Source of the DNA: Auanema rhodensis
Taxonomy: Eukaryota; Animalia; Nematoda
Length of the DNA: 64,000 bases
NCBI GenBank assembly: GCA_964057225.1
Contig: OZ059895.1
Span: forward strand, 11,098,001 to 11,162,000
Reading direction: 5' to 3'
Each line of letters begins with the position of its first letter. The first letter of the stretch is position 1. The notes under the pieces were generated by a model. It did not search any database, was not told where the DNA came from, and saw only the letters and a program-made list of their open reading frames with translations. Below, piece by piece: positions 27,216 to 41,700 of this stretch. The translations under genes were made by a program, and so were the position numbers.

Positions 27216-30200
27216 ATTGAAAAAGGTTTCACAGTTGTATAGTGTTTAAACAATGTTTGTTTTGATAGGAAATAGATAGAAACAGTAAAGTTAAAATGGA
27301 GGTTCATTAACTACTGGTTTATAACTGTAATATAGGAATAAGATTGAAGATAATTTTCTGCCTTGGGTTGAGCTACCTAAGTAAATCTACTTGAAAAGTG
27401 AAAACATTTGTTACGGAAGAGATAAAATTGAAAATCAGCTGCATGTCGTACTTTCAACGTGGTATAGTTGAAAGCGAAAATATCTGATTTTCAATGATTT
27501 AAATACTTATCCTCGTTATAGTATTTCTCCAATTTCATGTTAGTTATGTAACTTTCCACGTTTCATCTGGTTCCCTCGATGATATCAAAGCTTATGTGCT
27601 CCAAATACAATAAATCAAAAAAGGGTTTCACAGTTGTATAGTGTTTAAACAATGTTTGTTTCGATAGGAAATAGATAGAAACAGTAAAGTTGAGAGAAAG
27701 GTTCATTAACTACTGGTTTATGACTGTAATATAGAAAAAAAATTGAAGATAATTTGCTGCCTTGGTTTGAGCTATCTAAGTGAAACGACTTGAAAAGTGA
27801 AAACATTTATTACGGAAGAGATAAAATTGAAAATCAGCTGCATGGCGTACTTTGAACGTGGTATAGTTGTAAGCGAAAATATCTGGTATTCAAGGATTTA
27901 CATACTTATCCTCGTTATAGTATTTTTCCAATTTTATGTTAGTTATGTAATTTTCCACGTTGCATCTGGTTCCCTCAATGATATCAAATCTTATGTGCTC
28001 CAAATACAATAAATTAAGAAAGGTTTCACAGTTGTATAGTGTTTTAACAATGTTTGTTTCGATAGGAAATAGATAGAAACAGTAAAGTTGAGATAAAGGT
28101 TCATTAATTACTGGTTTATAACTGTAATGAAAAAATAAGATTAAAGATAATTTGCTGCCTTGGGTCGAGCTATCTAAGTAAAACTACTTAAAAAGTGAAA
28201 ACATTTGTTACGGAAGAGATAAAATTGAAAATCAGCTGCATGGCGTACTTTGAACGTGGTATAGTTGTAAGCGAAAATATCTGATATTCAATGATTTACA
28301 TACTTATCCTCGTTATAGTATTTTTCCAATTTTATGTTAGTTATGTAATTTTCCACGTTGCATCTGGTTCCCTCGATGATATCAAATCTTATGTGCTCCA
28401 AATACAATAAATTAAAAAAGGTTTCACAGTTGTATAGTGTTTTAACAATGTTTGTTTCGATAGGAAATAGATAGAAACAGTAAAGTTGAGATAAAGGTTC
28501 ATTAATTACTGGTTTATAACTGTAACGAAAAAATAAGATTAAAGATAATTTTCTGCCTTGGGTTGAGCTACCTAAGTAAATCTACTTGAAAAGTGAAAAC
28601 ATTTGTTACGGAAGAGGAAAAATTGAAAATCAGCTGCATGTCGTACTTTCAACGTGGTATAGTTGAAAGCGAAAATATCTGATTTTCAATGATTTAAATA
28701 CTTATCCTCGTTATAGTATTTTTCCAATTTCATGTTAGTTATGTAACTTTCCACGTTGCATCTGGTTCCCTCGATGATATCAAATCTTATGTGCTCCAAA
28801 TACAATAAATTGAAAAAGGTTTCACAGTTGTATAGTGTTTAAACAATGTTGGTTTTGATAGGAAATAGATAGAAACAGTAAAGTTGAGAGAAAGGTTCAT
28901 TAACTACTGGTTTATGACTGTAATATAGAAAAAAGATTGAAGATAATTTGCTGCCTCCGGTTGAGCTATCTAAGTAAATCTACTTGAAAAGTGAAAACAT
29001 TTGTTACGGAAGAGATAAAATTGAAAATCAGCTGCATGTCGTACTTTCAACGTGGTATAGTTGAAAGCGAAAATATCTGATTTTCAATGATTTACATACT
29101 TATCCTCGTTATAGTATTTTTCCAATTTCATGTTAGTTATGTAACTTTCCACGTTTCATCTGGTTCCCTCGATGATAGCAATTCTTATAAGCTCCAAATA
29201 CAATGAATTAAAAAAGGTTTCACAGTTGTATAGTGTTTAAACAATGTTTGTTTCGATAGGGAATAGATACAAACAGTTAAGTTAAAATGAAGGTTCATTA
29301 ACAACTGGTTTATAACTGTAATATAGAAATAAGATTAAAAATAATTTGCTGCCTCCGGTTGAGCTATCTAAGTAAATCTACTTGAAAAGTGAAAACATTT
29401 GTTACGAAAGAGATAAAATTGAAAATCAGCTGCATGGCGTACTTTGAACGTGGTATAGTTGTAAGCGAAAATATTTGATATTCAATGATTTACATACTTA
29501 TCCTCGTTATAGTTTTTTTCCAATTTCATGTTAGTTATGTAATTTTCCACGTTCCATCTGGATCCCTCGATGATATCAAATCTTATGTGCTCCAAATACA
29601 ATAAATTGAAAAAGGTTTCACAGTTGTATAGTGTTTAAACAATGTTGGTTTTGATAGGAAACAGATAGAAACAGTAAAGTTAAGATGAAGGTTCATTAAC
29701 TACTGGTTTATGACTGTAATATAGGAATAAGATTGAAGATAATTTGCTGCCTCCGGTTGAGCTATCTAAGTAAATCTACTTGAAAAGTGAAAACATTTGT
29801 TACGGAAGAGATAAAATTGAAAATCAGCTGCATGTCGTACTTTCAACGTGGTATAGTTGAAAGCGAAAATATCTGATTTTCAATGATTTACATACTTATC
29901 CTCGTTATAGTATTTTTCCAATTTCATGTTAGTTATGTAACTTTCCACGTTTCATCTGGTTCCCTCGATGATAGCAATTCTTATAAGCTCCAAATACAAT
30001 GAATTAAAAAAGGTTTCACAGTTGTATAGTGTTTAAACAATGTTTGTTTCGATAGGGAATAGATACAAACAGTTAAGTTAAAATGAAGGTTCATTAACAA
30101 CTGGTTTATAACTGTAATATAGAAATAAGATTAAAAATAATTTGCTGCCTCCGGTTGAGCTATCTAAGTAAATCTACTTGAAAAGTGAAAACATTTGTTA

Positions 30201-33200
30201 CGAAAGAGATAAAATTGAAAATCAGCTGCATGGCGTACTTTCAACGTGGTATACTTGTGAGCGAAAATATCTGATATTCAATGATTTACATACTTATCTT
30301 CGTTATAGTTTTTTTCCAATTTCATGTTAGTTATGTAATTTTCCACGTTCCATCTGGATCCCTCGATGATATCAAATTTTATGTGCTCCAAAAGCAAAAA
30401 ATTAAAAAAGGTTTTACAGTTGTTCAGTGTTCAAACAATGTTTGTTTTGATAAGAAATAGATAGAAACAGTAAAGTTGAGAGAAAGGTTCATTAACTGCT
30501 GGTTTATAACTGTAAAATAAAAAAAAGATTGAAGATACTTTGCTGCCTTGGGTTGAGCTATTTAAGGAAAACTACTTGAAAATTGAAAACATTTGTTACG
30601 GAAGAGATAAAATTGAAAATCAGCTGCATGGCGTACTTTTAACGTGGTATAGTTGTAAGCGAAAATATCTGATATTCAATGATTTACATACTTATCCTCG
30701 TTATAGTATTTTTCCAATTTTATGTTAGTTATGTAATTTTCCAGGTTGCATCTGGTTTCCTCGATGATATCAAATCTTATGTGCTCCAAATACAATAAAT
30801 TAAAAAAGGTTTCACAGTTGTATAGTGTTTTAACAATGTTTGTTTCGATAGGAAATAGATAGAAACAGTAAAGTTGAGATAAAGGTTCATTAATTACTGG
30901 TTTATAACTGTAATATAGAAATAAGATTAAAGATAATTTGCTGCCTTGGGTTGAGCTATCTAAGTAAAACTACTTAAAAAGTGAAAACATTTGTTACGGA
31001 AGAGATAAAATTGAAAATCAGCTGCATGGCGTACTTTCAACGTGGTATACTTGTAAGCGAAAATATCTGATATTCAATGATTTACATACTCATCCTCGTT
31101 ATAGTATTTTTCCAATTTCATGTTAGTTATGTAACTTTCCACGTGCCATCTGGTTCCCTCGATGATATCAAATTTTATGTGATCCAAATACAATAAATCA
31201 AAATAGGGTTTCACAGTTGTATAGTGTTTAAACAATGTTTGTTTCGATAGGAAATAGATAAAAACAGTAAAGTTAAGATGAAGGTTCATTAACTACTGGT
31301 CTATGACTGTAATATAGAAATAAGATTGAAGATAATTTGCTGCCTCCGGTTGAGCTATCTAAGTAAATCTACTTGAAAAGTGAAAACATTTGTTATGGAA
31401 TTGTTATTTACATACTTATCCTCGTTATAGTTTTTTTCCAATTTCATGTTAGTTATGTAATTTTCCACGTTCCATCTGGATCCCTCGATGATATCAAATT
31501 TTATGTGCTCCAAAAGCAAAAAATTAAAAAAGGTTTTACAGTTGTTCAGTGTTTAAACAATGTTTGTTTTGATAAGAAATAGATAGAAACAGTAAAGTTG
31601 AAAGAAAGGTTCATTTACTGCTGGTTTATAACTGTAAAATAAAAAAAAGATTGAAGATACTTTGCTGCCTTGGGTTGAGCTATTTAAGGAAAACTACTTG
31701 AAAATTGAAAACATTTGTTACGGAAGAGATAAAATTGAAAATCAGCTGCATGGCGTACGTTTAACGTGGTATAGTTGTAAGCGAAAATATCTGGTATTCA
31801 ATGATTTACATACTTATCCTCGTTATAGTTTTTTTTTCCAATTTCCTTTTAGTTATGTAAATTTCGACGTTCCATCTGGATCCCTCGATGATAGCAAAGC
31901 TTATGTGCGCCAAATACAATAAATCAAAGAAGGGTTTCACAGTAGTATAGTGTTTAAACAATGTTTGTTTCGATAGGAAATAGATAGAAACAGTAAAGTT
32001 AAGATGAAGGTTTATTAACTACTGATTTATGACTGTAATATAGAAATAAGATTGAAGATAATTTGCTGCCTCCGGTTGAGCTATCTAAGTAAATCTACTT
32101 AAAAAGTGAAAACATTTGTTACGGAAGAGATAAAACTGAAAATCAGCTGCATGGCGTACTTTGAACGTGGTATAGTTGTAAGCGAAAATATCTGATATTC
32201 AATGATTTACATACTTATCCTCGTTATAGTATTTTTCCAATTTTATGTTAGTTATGTAATTTTCCACGTTGCATCTGGTTCCCTCGATGATATCAAATCT
32301 TATGTGCTCCAAATACAATAAATTGAAAAAGGTTTCACAGTTGTATAGTGTTTAAACAATGTTTGTTTTGATAGGAAATAGATAGAAACAGTAAAGTTAA
32401 AATGGAGGTTCATTAACTACTGGTTTATAACTGTAATATAGGAATAAGATTGAAGATAATTTTCTGCCTTGGGTTGAGCTACCTAAGTAAATCTACTTGA
32501 AAAGTGAAAACATTTGTTACGGAAGAGATAAAATTGAAAATCAGCTGCATGTCGTACTTTCAACGTGGTATAGTTGAAAGCGAAAATATCTGATTTTCAA
32601 TGATTTAAATACTTATCCTCGTTATAGTATTTCTCCAATTTCATGTTAGTTATGTAACTTTCCACGTTTCATCTGGTTCCCTCGATGATATCAAAGCTTA
32701 TGTGCTCCAAATACAATAAATCAAAAAAGGGTTTCACAGTTGTATAGTGTTTAAACAATGTTTGTTTCGATAGGAAATAGATAGAAACAGTAAAGTTGAG
32801 AGAAAGGTTCATTAACTACTGGTTTATGACTGTAATATAGAAAAAAAATTGAAGATAATTTGCTGCCTTGGTTTGAGCTATCTAAGTGAAACGACTTGAA
32901 AAGTGAAAACATTTATTACGGAAGAGATAAAATTGAAAATCAGCTGCATGGCGTACTTTGAACGTGGTATAGTTGTAAGCGAAAATATCTGGTATTCAAG
33001 GATTTACATACTTATCCTCGTTATAGTATTTTTCCAATTTTATGTTAGTTATGTAATTTTCCACGTTGCATCTGGTTCCCTCAATGATATCAAATCTTAT
33101 GTGCTCCAAATACAATAAATTAAAAAAGGTTTCACAGTTGTATAGTGTTTTAACAATGTTTGTTTCGATAGGAAATAGATAGAAACAGTAAAGTTGAGAT

Positions 33201-35790
33201 AAAGGTTCATTAATTACTGGTTTATAACTGTAATGAAAAAATAAGATTAAAGATAATTTGCTGCCTTGGGTCGAGCTATCTAAGTAAAACTACTTAAAAA
33301 GTGAAAACATTTGTTACGGAAGAGATAAAATTGAAAATCAGCTGCATGGCGTACTTTGAACGTGGTATAGTTGTAAGCGAAAATATCTGATATTCAATGA
33401 TTTACATACTTATCCTCGTTATAGTATTTTTCCAATTTTATGTTAGTTATGTAATTTTCCACGTTGCATCTGGTTCCCTCGATGATATCAAATCTTATGT
33501 GCTCCAAATACAATAAATTGAAAAAGGTTTCACAGTTGTATAGTGTTTAAACAATGTTTGTTTTGATAGGAAATAGATAGAAACAGTAAAGTTAAAATGG
33601 AGGTTCATTAACTACTGGTTTATAACTGTAATATAGGAATACGATTGAAGATAATTTTCTGCCTTGGGTTGAGCTACCTAAGTAAATCTACTTGAAAAGT
33701 GAAAACATTTGTTACGGAAGAGATAAAATTGAAAATCAGCTGCATGTCGTACTTTCAACGTGGTATAGTTGAAAGCGAAAATATCTGATTTTCAATGATT
33801 TAAATACTTATCCTCGTTATAGTATTTTTCCAATTTCATGTTAGTTATGTAACTTTCCACGTTTCATCTGGTTCCCTCGATGATATCAAAGCTTATGTGC
33901 TCCAAATACAATAAATCAAAGAAGGGTTTCACAGTTGTATAGTGTTTAAACAATGTTTGTTTCGATAGGAAATAGATAGAAACAGTAAAGTTGAGAGAAA
34001 GGTTCATTAACTACTGGTTTATGACTGTAATATAGAAAAAAGATTGAAGATAATTTGCTGCCTTGGTTTGAGCTATCTAAGTGAAACGACTTGAAAAGTG
34101 AAAACATTTATTACGGAAGAGATAAAATTGAAAATCAGCTGCATGGCGTACTTTGAACGTGGTATAGTTGTAAGCGAAAATATCTGGTATTCAATGATTT
34201 ACATACTTATCCTCGTTATAGTATTTTTCCAATTTTATGTTAGTTATGTAATTTTCCACGTTGCATCTGGTTCCCTCGATGATATCAAATCTTATGTGCT
34301 CCAAATACAATAAATTAAAAATGTTTCACAGTTGTATAGTGTTTTAACAATGTTTGTTTCGATAGGAAATAGATAGAAACAGTAAAGTTGAGATGAAGGT
34401 TCATTAATTACTGGTTTATAACTGTAACGAAAAAATAAGATTAAAGATAATTTGCTGCCTTGGGTCGAGCTATCTAAGTAAAACTACTTAAAAAGTGAAA
34501 ACATTTGTTACGGAAGAGATAAAATTGAAAATCAGCTGCATGGCGTACTTTGAACGTGGTATAGTTGTAAGCGAAAATATTTGATATTCAATGATTTACA
34601 TACTTATCCTCGTTATAGTATTTTTCCAATTTTATGTTAGTTATGTAATTTTCCACGTTGCATCTGGTTCCCTCGATGATATCAAATCTTATGTGCTCCA
34701 AATACAATAAATTGAAAAAGGTTTCACAGTTGTATAGTGTTTAAACAATGTTGGTTTTGATAGGAAACAGATAGAAACAGTAAAGTTAAGATGAAGGTTC
34801 ATTAACTACTGGTTTATGACTGTAATATAGGAATAAGATTGAAGATAATTTGCTGCCTCCGGTTGAGCTATCTAAGTAAATCTACTTGAAAAGTGAAAAC
34901 ATTTGTTACGGAAGAGATAAAATTGAAAATCAGCTGCATGTCGTACTTTCAACGTGGTATAGTTGAAAGCGAAAATATCTGATTTTCAATGATTTACATA
35001 CTTATCCTCGTTATAGTATTTTTCCAATTTCATGTTAGTTATGTAACTTTCCACGTTTCATCTGGTTCCCTCGATGATAGCAATTCTTATAAGCTCCAAA
35101 TACAATGAATTAAAAAAGGTTTCACAGTTGTATAGTGTTTAAACAATGTTTGTTTCGATAGGGAATAGATACAAACAGTTAAGTTAAAATGAAGGTTCAT
35201 TAACAACTGGTTTATAACTGTAATATAGAAATAAGATTAAAAATAATTTGCTGCCTCCGGTTGAGCTATCTAAGTAAATCTACTTGAAAAGTGAAAACAT
35301 TTGTTACGAAAGAGATAAAATTGAAAATCAGCTGCATGGCGTACTTTCAACGTGGTATACTTGTGAGCGAAAATATCTGATATTCAATGATTTACATACT
35401 TATCCTCGTTATAGTTTTTTTCCAATTTCATGTTAGTTATGTAATTTTCCACGTTCCATCTGGATCCCTCGATGATATCAAATTTTATGTGCTCCAAAAG
35501 CAAAAAATTAAAAAAGGTTTTACAGTTGTTCAGTGTTCAAACAATGTTTGTTTTGATAAGAAATAGATAGAAACAGTAAAGTTGAGAGAAAGGTTCATTA
35601 ACTGCTGGTTTATAACTGTAAAATAAAAAAAAGATTGAAGATACTTTGCTGCCTTGGGTTGAGCTATTTAAGGAAAACTACTTGAAAATTGAAAACATTT
35701 GTTACGGAAGAGATAAAATTGAAAATCAGCTGCATGGCGTACTTTTAACGTGGTATAGTTGTAAGCGAAAATATCTGATATTCAATGATT
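27000..35790 (+). repeat. Imperfect 13-monomer-offset duplication (5106 bp = 5179 - 73-bp net deletion)
   Basis: 27797/32903 and 30540/35646 are offset by 5106. Private SNPs TATTTCTCC, CAAGGATTT and CCCTCAATG are shared at that offset. The middle monomers differ, so the match is mosaic. Confidence 0.7.
31385..31415 (+). other. 78-bp deletion with 5-bp insertion (TTGTT at 31401-31405)
   Basis: The sequence reads TGTTATGGAA-ttgtt-ATTTACATAC. The intact homologue has 78 bases in between (37702-37779). Confidence 0.93.
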
Positions 35791-38700
35791 TACATACTTA
35801 TCATCGTTATAGTTTTTTTTCAATTTCATGTTAGTTATGTAATTTTCCACGTTCTATCTGGTGCCCTCGATGATATCAAATCTTATGTGCTCCAAATACA
35901 ATAAATTAAAAAAGGTTTCACAGTTGTATAGTGTTTTAACAATGTTTGTTTCGATAGGAAATAGATAGAAACAGTAAAGTTGAGATAAAGGTTCATTAAC
36001 TACTGGTTTATAACTGTAATGAAAAAATAAGATTAAAGATAATTTGCTGCCTTGGGTTGAGCTATCTAAGTAAAACTACTTAATAAGTGAAAACATTTGT
36101 TACGGAAGAGATAAAATTGAAAATCAGCTGCATGGCGTACTTTGAACGTGGTATAGTTGTAAGCGAAAATATCTGATATTCAATGATTTACATACTTATC
36201 CTCGTTATAGTATTTTTCCAATTTTATGTTAGTTATGTAATTTTCCACGTTGCATCTGGTTTCCTCGATGATATCAAATCTTATGTGCTCCAAATACAAT
36301 AAATTGAAAAAGGTTTCACAGTTGTATAGTGTTTGAACAATGTTTGTTTTGATAGGAAATAAATAGAAACAGTAAAGTTAAAATGAAGGTTCATTAACTA
36401 CTGGTTTATAACTGTAATATAGGAATAAGATTGAAAATTATTTTCTGCCTTGGGTTGAGCTACCTAAGTAAAACTACTTGAAAATCGGAAACATTTGTTA
36501 CAGAAGAGATAAAATTGAAAATCAGCTGCATGGCGTACTTTCAACGTGGTATAGTTGTAAGCGAAAATATCTGATATTCAATGATTAACATACTTATCCT
36601 CGTTATAGTTTTTTTTCCAATTTCATGTTAGTTATGTAATTTTCCACGTTCCATCTGGTTCCCTCGATGATATCAAATCTTATGTGCTCCAAATACAATA
36701 AATTAAAAAAGGTTTCACAGTTGTATAGTGTTTTAACAATGTTTGTTTCGATAGGAAATAGATAGAAACAGTAAAGTTGAGATAAAGGTTCATTAATTAC
36801 TGGTTTATAACTGTAATATAGAAATAAGATTAAAGATAATTTGCTGCCTTGGGTTGAGCTATCTAAGTAAAACTACTTAAAAAGTGAAAACATTTGTTAC
36901 GGAAGAGATAAAATTGAAAATCAGCTGCATTGCGTACTTTCAACGTGGTATACTTGTAAGCGAAAATATCTGATATTCAATGATTTACATACTCATCCTT
37001 GTTATAGTATTTTTCCAATTTCATGTTAGTTATGTAATTTTCCACGTTCCATCTGGTTCCCTCGATGATATCAAATCTTATGTGCTCCAAATACAATAAA
37101 TTAAAAAAGGTTTCACAGTTGTATAGTGTTTTAACAATGTTTGTTTCGATAGGAAATAGATAGAAACAGTAAAGTTGAGATAAAGGTTCATTAATTACTG
37201 GTTTATAACTGTAATATAGAAATAAGATTAAAGATAATTTGCTGCCTTGGGTTGAGCTATCTAAGTAAAACTACTTAAAAAGTGAAAACATTTGTTACGG
37301 AAGAGATAAAATTGAAAATCAGCTGCATGGCGTACTTTCAACGTGGTATACTTGTAAGCGAAAATATCTGATATTCAATGATTTACATACTCATCCTCGT
37401 TATAGTATTTTTCCAATTTCATGTTAGTTATGTAACTTTCCACGTGCCATCTGGTTCCCTCGATGATATCAAATTTTATGTGATCCAAATACAATAAATC
37501 AAAATAGGGTTTCACAGTTGTATAGTGTTTAAACAATGTTTGTTTCGATAGGAAATAGATAAAAACAGTAAAGTTAAGATGAAGGTTCATTAACTACTGG
37601 TCTATGACTGTAATATAGAAATAAGATTGAAGATAATTTGCTGCCTCCGGTTGAGCTATCTAAGTAAATCTACTTGAAAAGTGAAAACATTTGTTATGGA
37701 AGAGATAAAATTGAAAATCAGCTGCATGGCGTACTTTTAACGTGGTATAGTTGTAAGCGAAAATATCTGGTATTCAATGATTTACATACTTATCCTCGTT
37801 ATAGTTTTTTTCCAATTTCATGTTAGTTATGTAATTTTCCACGTTCCATCTGGATCCCTCGATGATATCAAATTTTATGTGCTCCAAATGCAAAAAATTA
37901 AAAAAGGTTTTACAGTTGTTCAGTGTTTAAACAATGTTTGTTTTGATAAGAAATAGATAGAAACAGTAAAGTTGAAAGAAAGGTTCATTTACTGCTGGTT
38001 TATAACTGTAAAATAAAAAAAAGATTGAAGATACTTTGCTGCCTTGGGTTGAGCTATTTAAGGAAAACTACTTGAAAATTGAAAACATTTGTTACGGAAG
38101 AGATAAAATTGAAAATCAGCTGCATGGCGTACGTTTAACGTGGTATAGTTGTAAGCGAAAATATCTGGTATTCAATGATTTACATACTTATCCTCGTTAT
38201 AGTTTTTTTTCCAATTTCCTTTTAGTTATGTAATTTTCGACGTTCCATCTGGATCCCTCGATGATAGCAAAGCTTATGTGCGCCAAATACAATAAATCAA
38301 AGAAGGGTTTCACAGTAGTATAGTGTTTAAACAATGTTTGTTTCGATAGGAAATAGATAGAAACAGTAAAGTTAAGATGAAGGTTTATTAACTACTGATT
38401 TATGACTGTAATATAGAAATAAGATTGAAGATAATTTGCTGCCTCCGGTTGAGCTATCTAAGTAAATCTACTTAAAAAGTGAAAACATTTGTTACGGAAG
38501 AGATAAAATTGAAAATCAGCTGCATGGCGTACTTTCAACGTGGTATAGTTGTAAGCGAAAATATCTGGTATTCAATGATTTACATACTTATCCTCGTTAT
38601 AGTTTTTTTCCAATTTCATGTTAGTTATGTAATTTTCCACGTTCCATCTGGATCCCTCGATGATATCAAATTTTATGTGCTCCAAATGCAAAAAATTAAA

Positions 38701-41700
38701 AAAGGTTTTACAGTTGTTCAGTGTTTAAACAATGTTTGTTTTGATAAGAAATAGATAGAAACAGTAAAGTTGAAAGAAAGGTTCATTTACTGCTGGTTTA
38801 TAACTGTAAAATAAAAAAAAGATTGAACATACTTTGCTGCCTTGGTTTGAGCTATCTAAGTAAAACTACTTGACGATCGGAAACATTTGTTACAGAAGAG
38901 ATAAAATTGAAAATCAGCTGCATGGCGTACTTTGAACGTGGTATAGTTGTAAGCAAAAATATCTGATATTCAATGATTTACATACTTATCATCGTACTAG
39001 TTTTTTTTCAATTTCATGTAAGTTATGTAATTTTCCACGTTCTATCTGGTGCCCTCGATGAAATCAAATCTTATGTGCTCCAAATACAATAAATTGAAAA
39101 AGGTTTCACAGTTGTATAGTGTTTTAACAATGTTTGTTTCGATAGGAAATAGATAGAAACAGTAAAGTTGAGATAAAGGTTCATTAATTACTGGTTTATA
39201 ACTGTAATGAAAAAATAAGATTAAAGATAATTTGCTGCCTTGGGTCGAGCTATCTAAGTAAAACTACTTAAAAAGTGAAAACATTTGTTACGGAAGAGAT
39301 AAAATTGAAAATCAGCTGCATGGCGTACTTTGAACGTGGTATAGTTGTAAGCGAAAATATCTGATATTCAATGATTTACATACTTATCCTCGTTATAGTA
39401 TTTTTCCAATTTTATGTTAGTTATGTAATTTTCCACGTTGCATCTGGTTCCCTCGATGATATCAAATCTTATGTGCCTCAAATACAATAAATTAAAAAAG
39501 GTTTCACAGTTGTATAGTGTTTAAACAATGTTTGTTTTGATAGGAAACAGATAGAAACAGTAAAGTTAAGATGAAGGTTCATTAACTACTGGTTTATGAC
39601 TGTAATATAGGAATAAGATTGAAGATAATTTGCTGCCTCCGGTTGAGCTATCTAAGTAAATCTACTTGAAAAGTGAAAACATTTGTTACGGAAGAGATAA
39701 AATTGAAAATCAGCTGCATGTCGTACTTTCAACGTGGTATAGTTGAAAGCGAAAATATCTGATTTTCAATGATTTACATACTTATCCTCGTTATAGTATT
39801 TTTCCAATTTCATGTTAGTTATGTAACTTTCCACGTTTCATCTGGTTCCCTCGATGATAGCAATTCTTATAAGCTCCAAATACAATGAATTAAAAAAGGT
39901 TTCACAGTTGTATAGTGTTTAAACAATGTTTGTTTCGATAGGGAATAGATAGAAACAGTAAAGTTGAGAGAAAGGTTCATTAACTACTGGTTTATGACTG
40001 TAATATAGAAAAAAGATTGAAGATAATTTGCTGCCTTGGGTTGAGCTATTTAAGGAAAACTACTTGAAAATTGAAAACATTTGTTACGGAAGAGATAAAA
40101 TTGGAAATCAGCTGCATGGCGTACTTTGAACGTGGTATAGTTGTAAGCGAAAATATCTGGTATTCAATGATTTACATACTTATCCTCGTTATAGTTTTTT
40201 TTCCAATTTCCTGTTAGTTATGTAATTTTCCACGTTCTATCTGGTGCCCTCGATGATATCAAATCTTATGTGCTCCAAATACAATAAATTAAAAAAGGTT
40301 TCACAGTTGTATAGTGTTTTAACAATGTTTGTTTCGATAGGAAATAGATAGAAACAGTAAAGTTGAGATAAAGGTTCATTAATTACTGGTTTATAACTGT
40401 AATATAGGAAGAAGATTGAAGATAATTTTCTGCCTTGGGTTGAGCTACCTAAGTAAATCTACTTGAAAAGTGAAAACATTTGTTACGGAAGAGATAAAAT
40501 TGAAAATCAGCTGCATGGCGTACTTTGAACGTGGTATAGTTGTAAGCGAAAATATCTGGTATTCAATGATTTACATACTTATCCTCGTTATAGTTTTTTT
40601 TCCAATTTCCTGTTAGTTATGTAATTTTCCACGTTGCATCTGGTTCCCTCGATGATATCAAATCTTATGTGCTCCAAATACAATAAATTGAAAAAGGTTT
40701 CACAGTTGTATAGTGTTTAAACAATGTTTGTTTTGATAGGAAATAGATAGAAACAGTAAAGTTAAAATGGAGGTTCATTAACTACTGGTTTATAACTGTA
40801 ATATAGGAAGAAGATTGAAGATAATTTTCTGCCTTGGGTTGAGCTACCTAAGTAAATCTACTTGAAAAGTGAAAACATTTGTTACGGAAGAGATAAAATT
40901 GAAAATCAGCTGCATGTCGTACTTTCAACGTGGTATAGTTGAAAGCGAAAATATCTGATTTTCAATGATTTAAATACTTATCCTCGTTATAGTATTTTTC
41001 CAATTTCATGTTAGTTATGTAACTTTCCACGTTTCATCTGGTTCCCTCGATGATATCAAAGCTTATGTGCTCCAAATACAATAAATCAAAAAAGGGTTTC
41101 ACAGTTGTATAGTGTTTAAACAATGTTTGTTTCGATAGGAAATAGATAGAAACAGTAAAGTTGAGAGAAAGGTTCATTAACTACTGGTTTATGACTGTAA
41201 TATAGAAAAAAGATTGAAGATAATTTGCTGCCTTGGTTTGAGCTATCTAAGTGAAACGACTTGAAAAGTGAAAACATTTATTACGGAAGAGATAAAATTG
41301 AAAATCAGCTGCATGGCGTACTTTGAACGTGGTATAGTTGTAAGCGAAAATATCTGGTATTCAATGATTTACATACTTATCCTTGTTATAGTATTTTTCC
41401 AATTTTATGTTAGTTATGTAATTTTCCACGTTGCATCTGGTTCCCTCGATGATATCAAATCTTATGTGCTCCAAATACAATAAATTAAAAAAGGTTTCAC
41501 AGTTGTATAGTGTTTTAACAATGTTTGTTTCGATAGGAAATAGATAGAAACAGTAAAGTTGAGATAAAGGTTCATTAATTACTGGTTTATAACTGTAATG
41601 AAAAAATAAGATTAAAGATAATTTGCTGCCTTGGGTCGAGCTATCTAAGTAAAACTACTTAAAAAGTGAAAACATTTGTTACGGAAGAGATAAAATTGAA

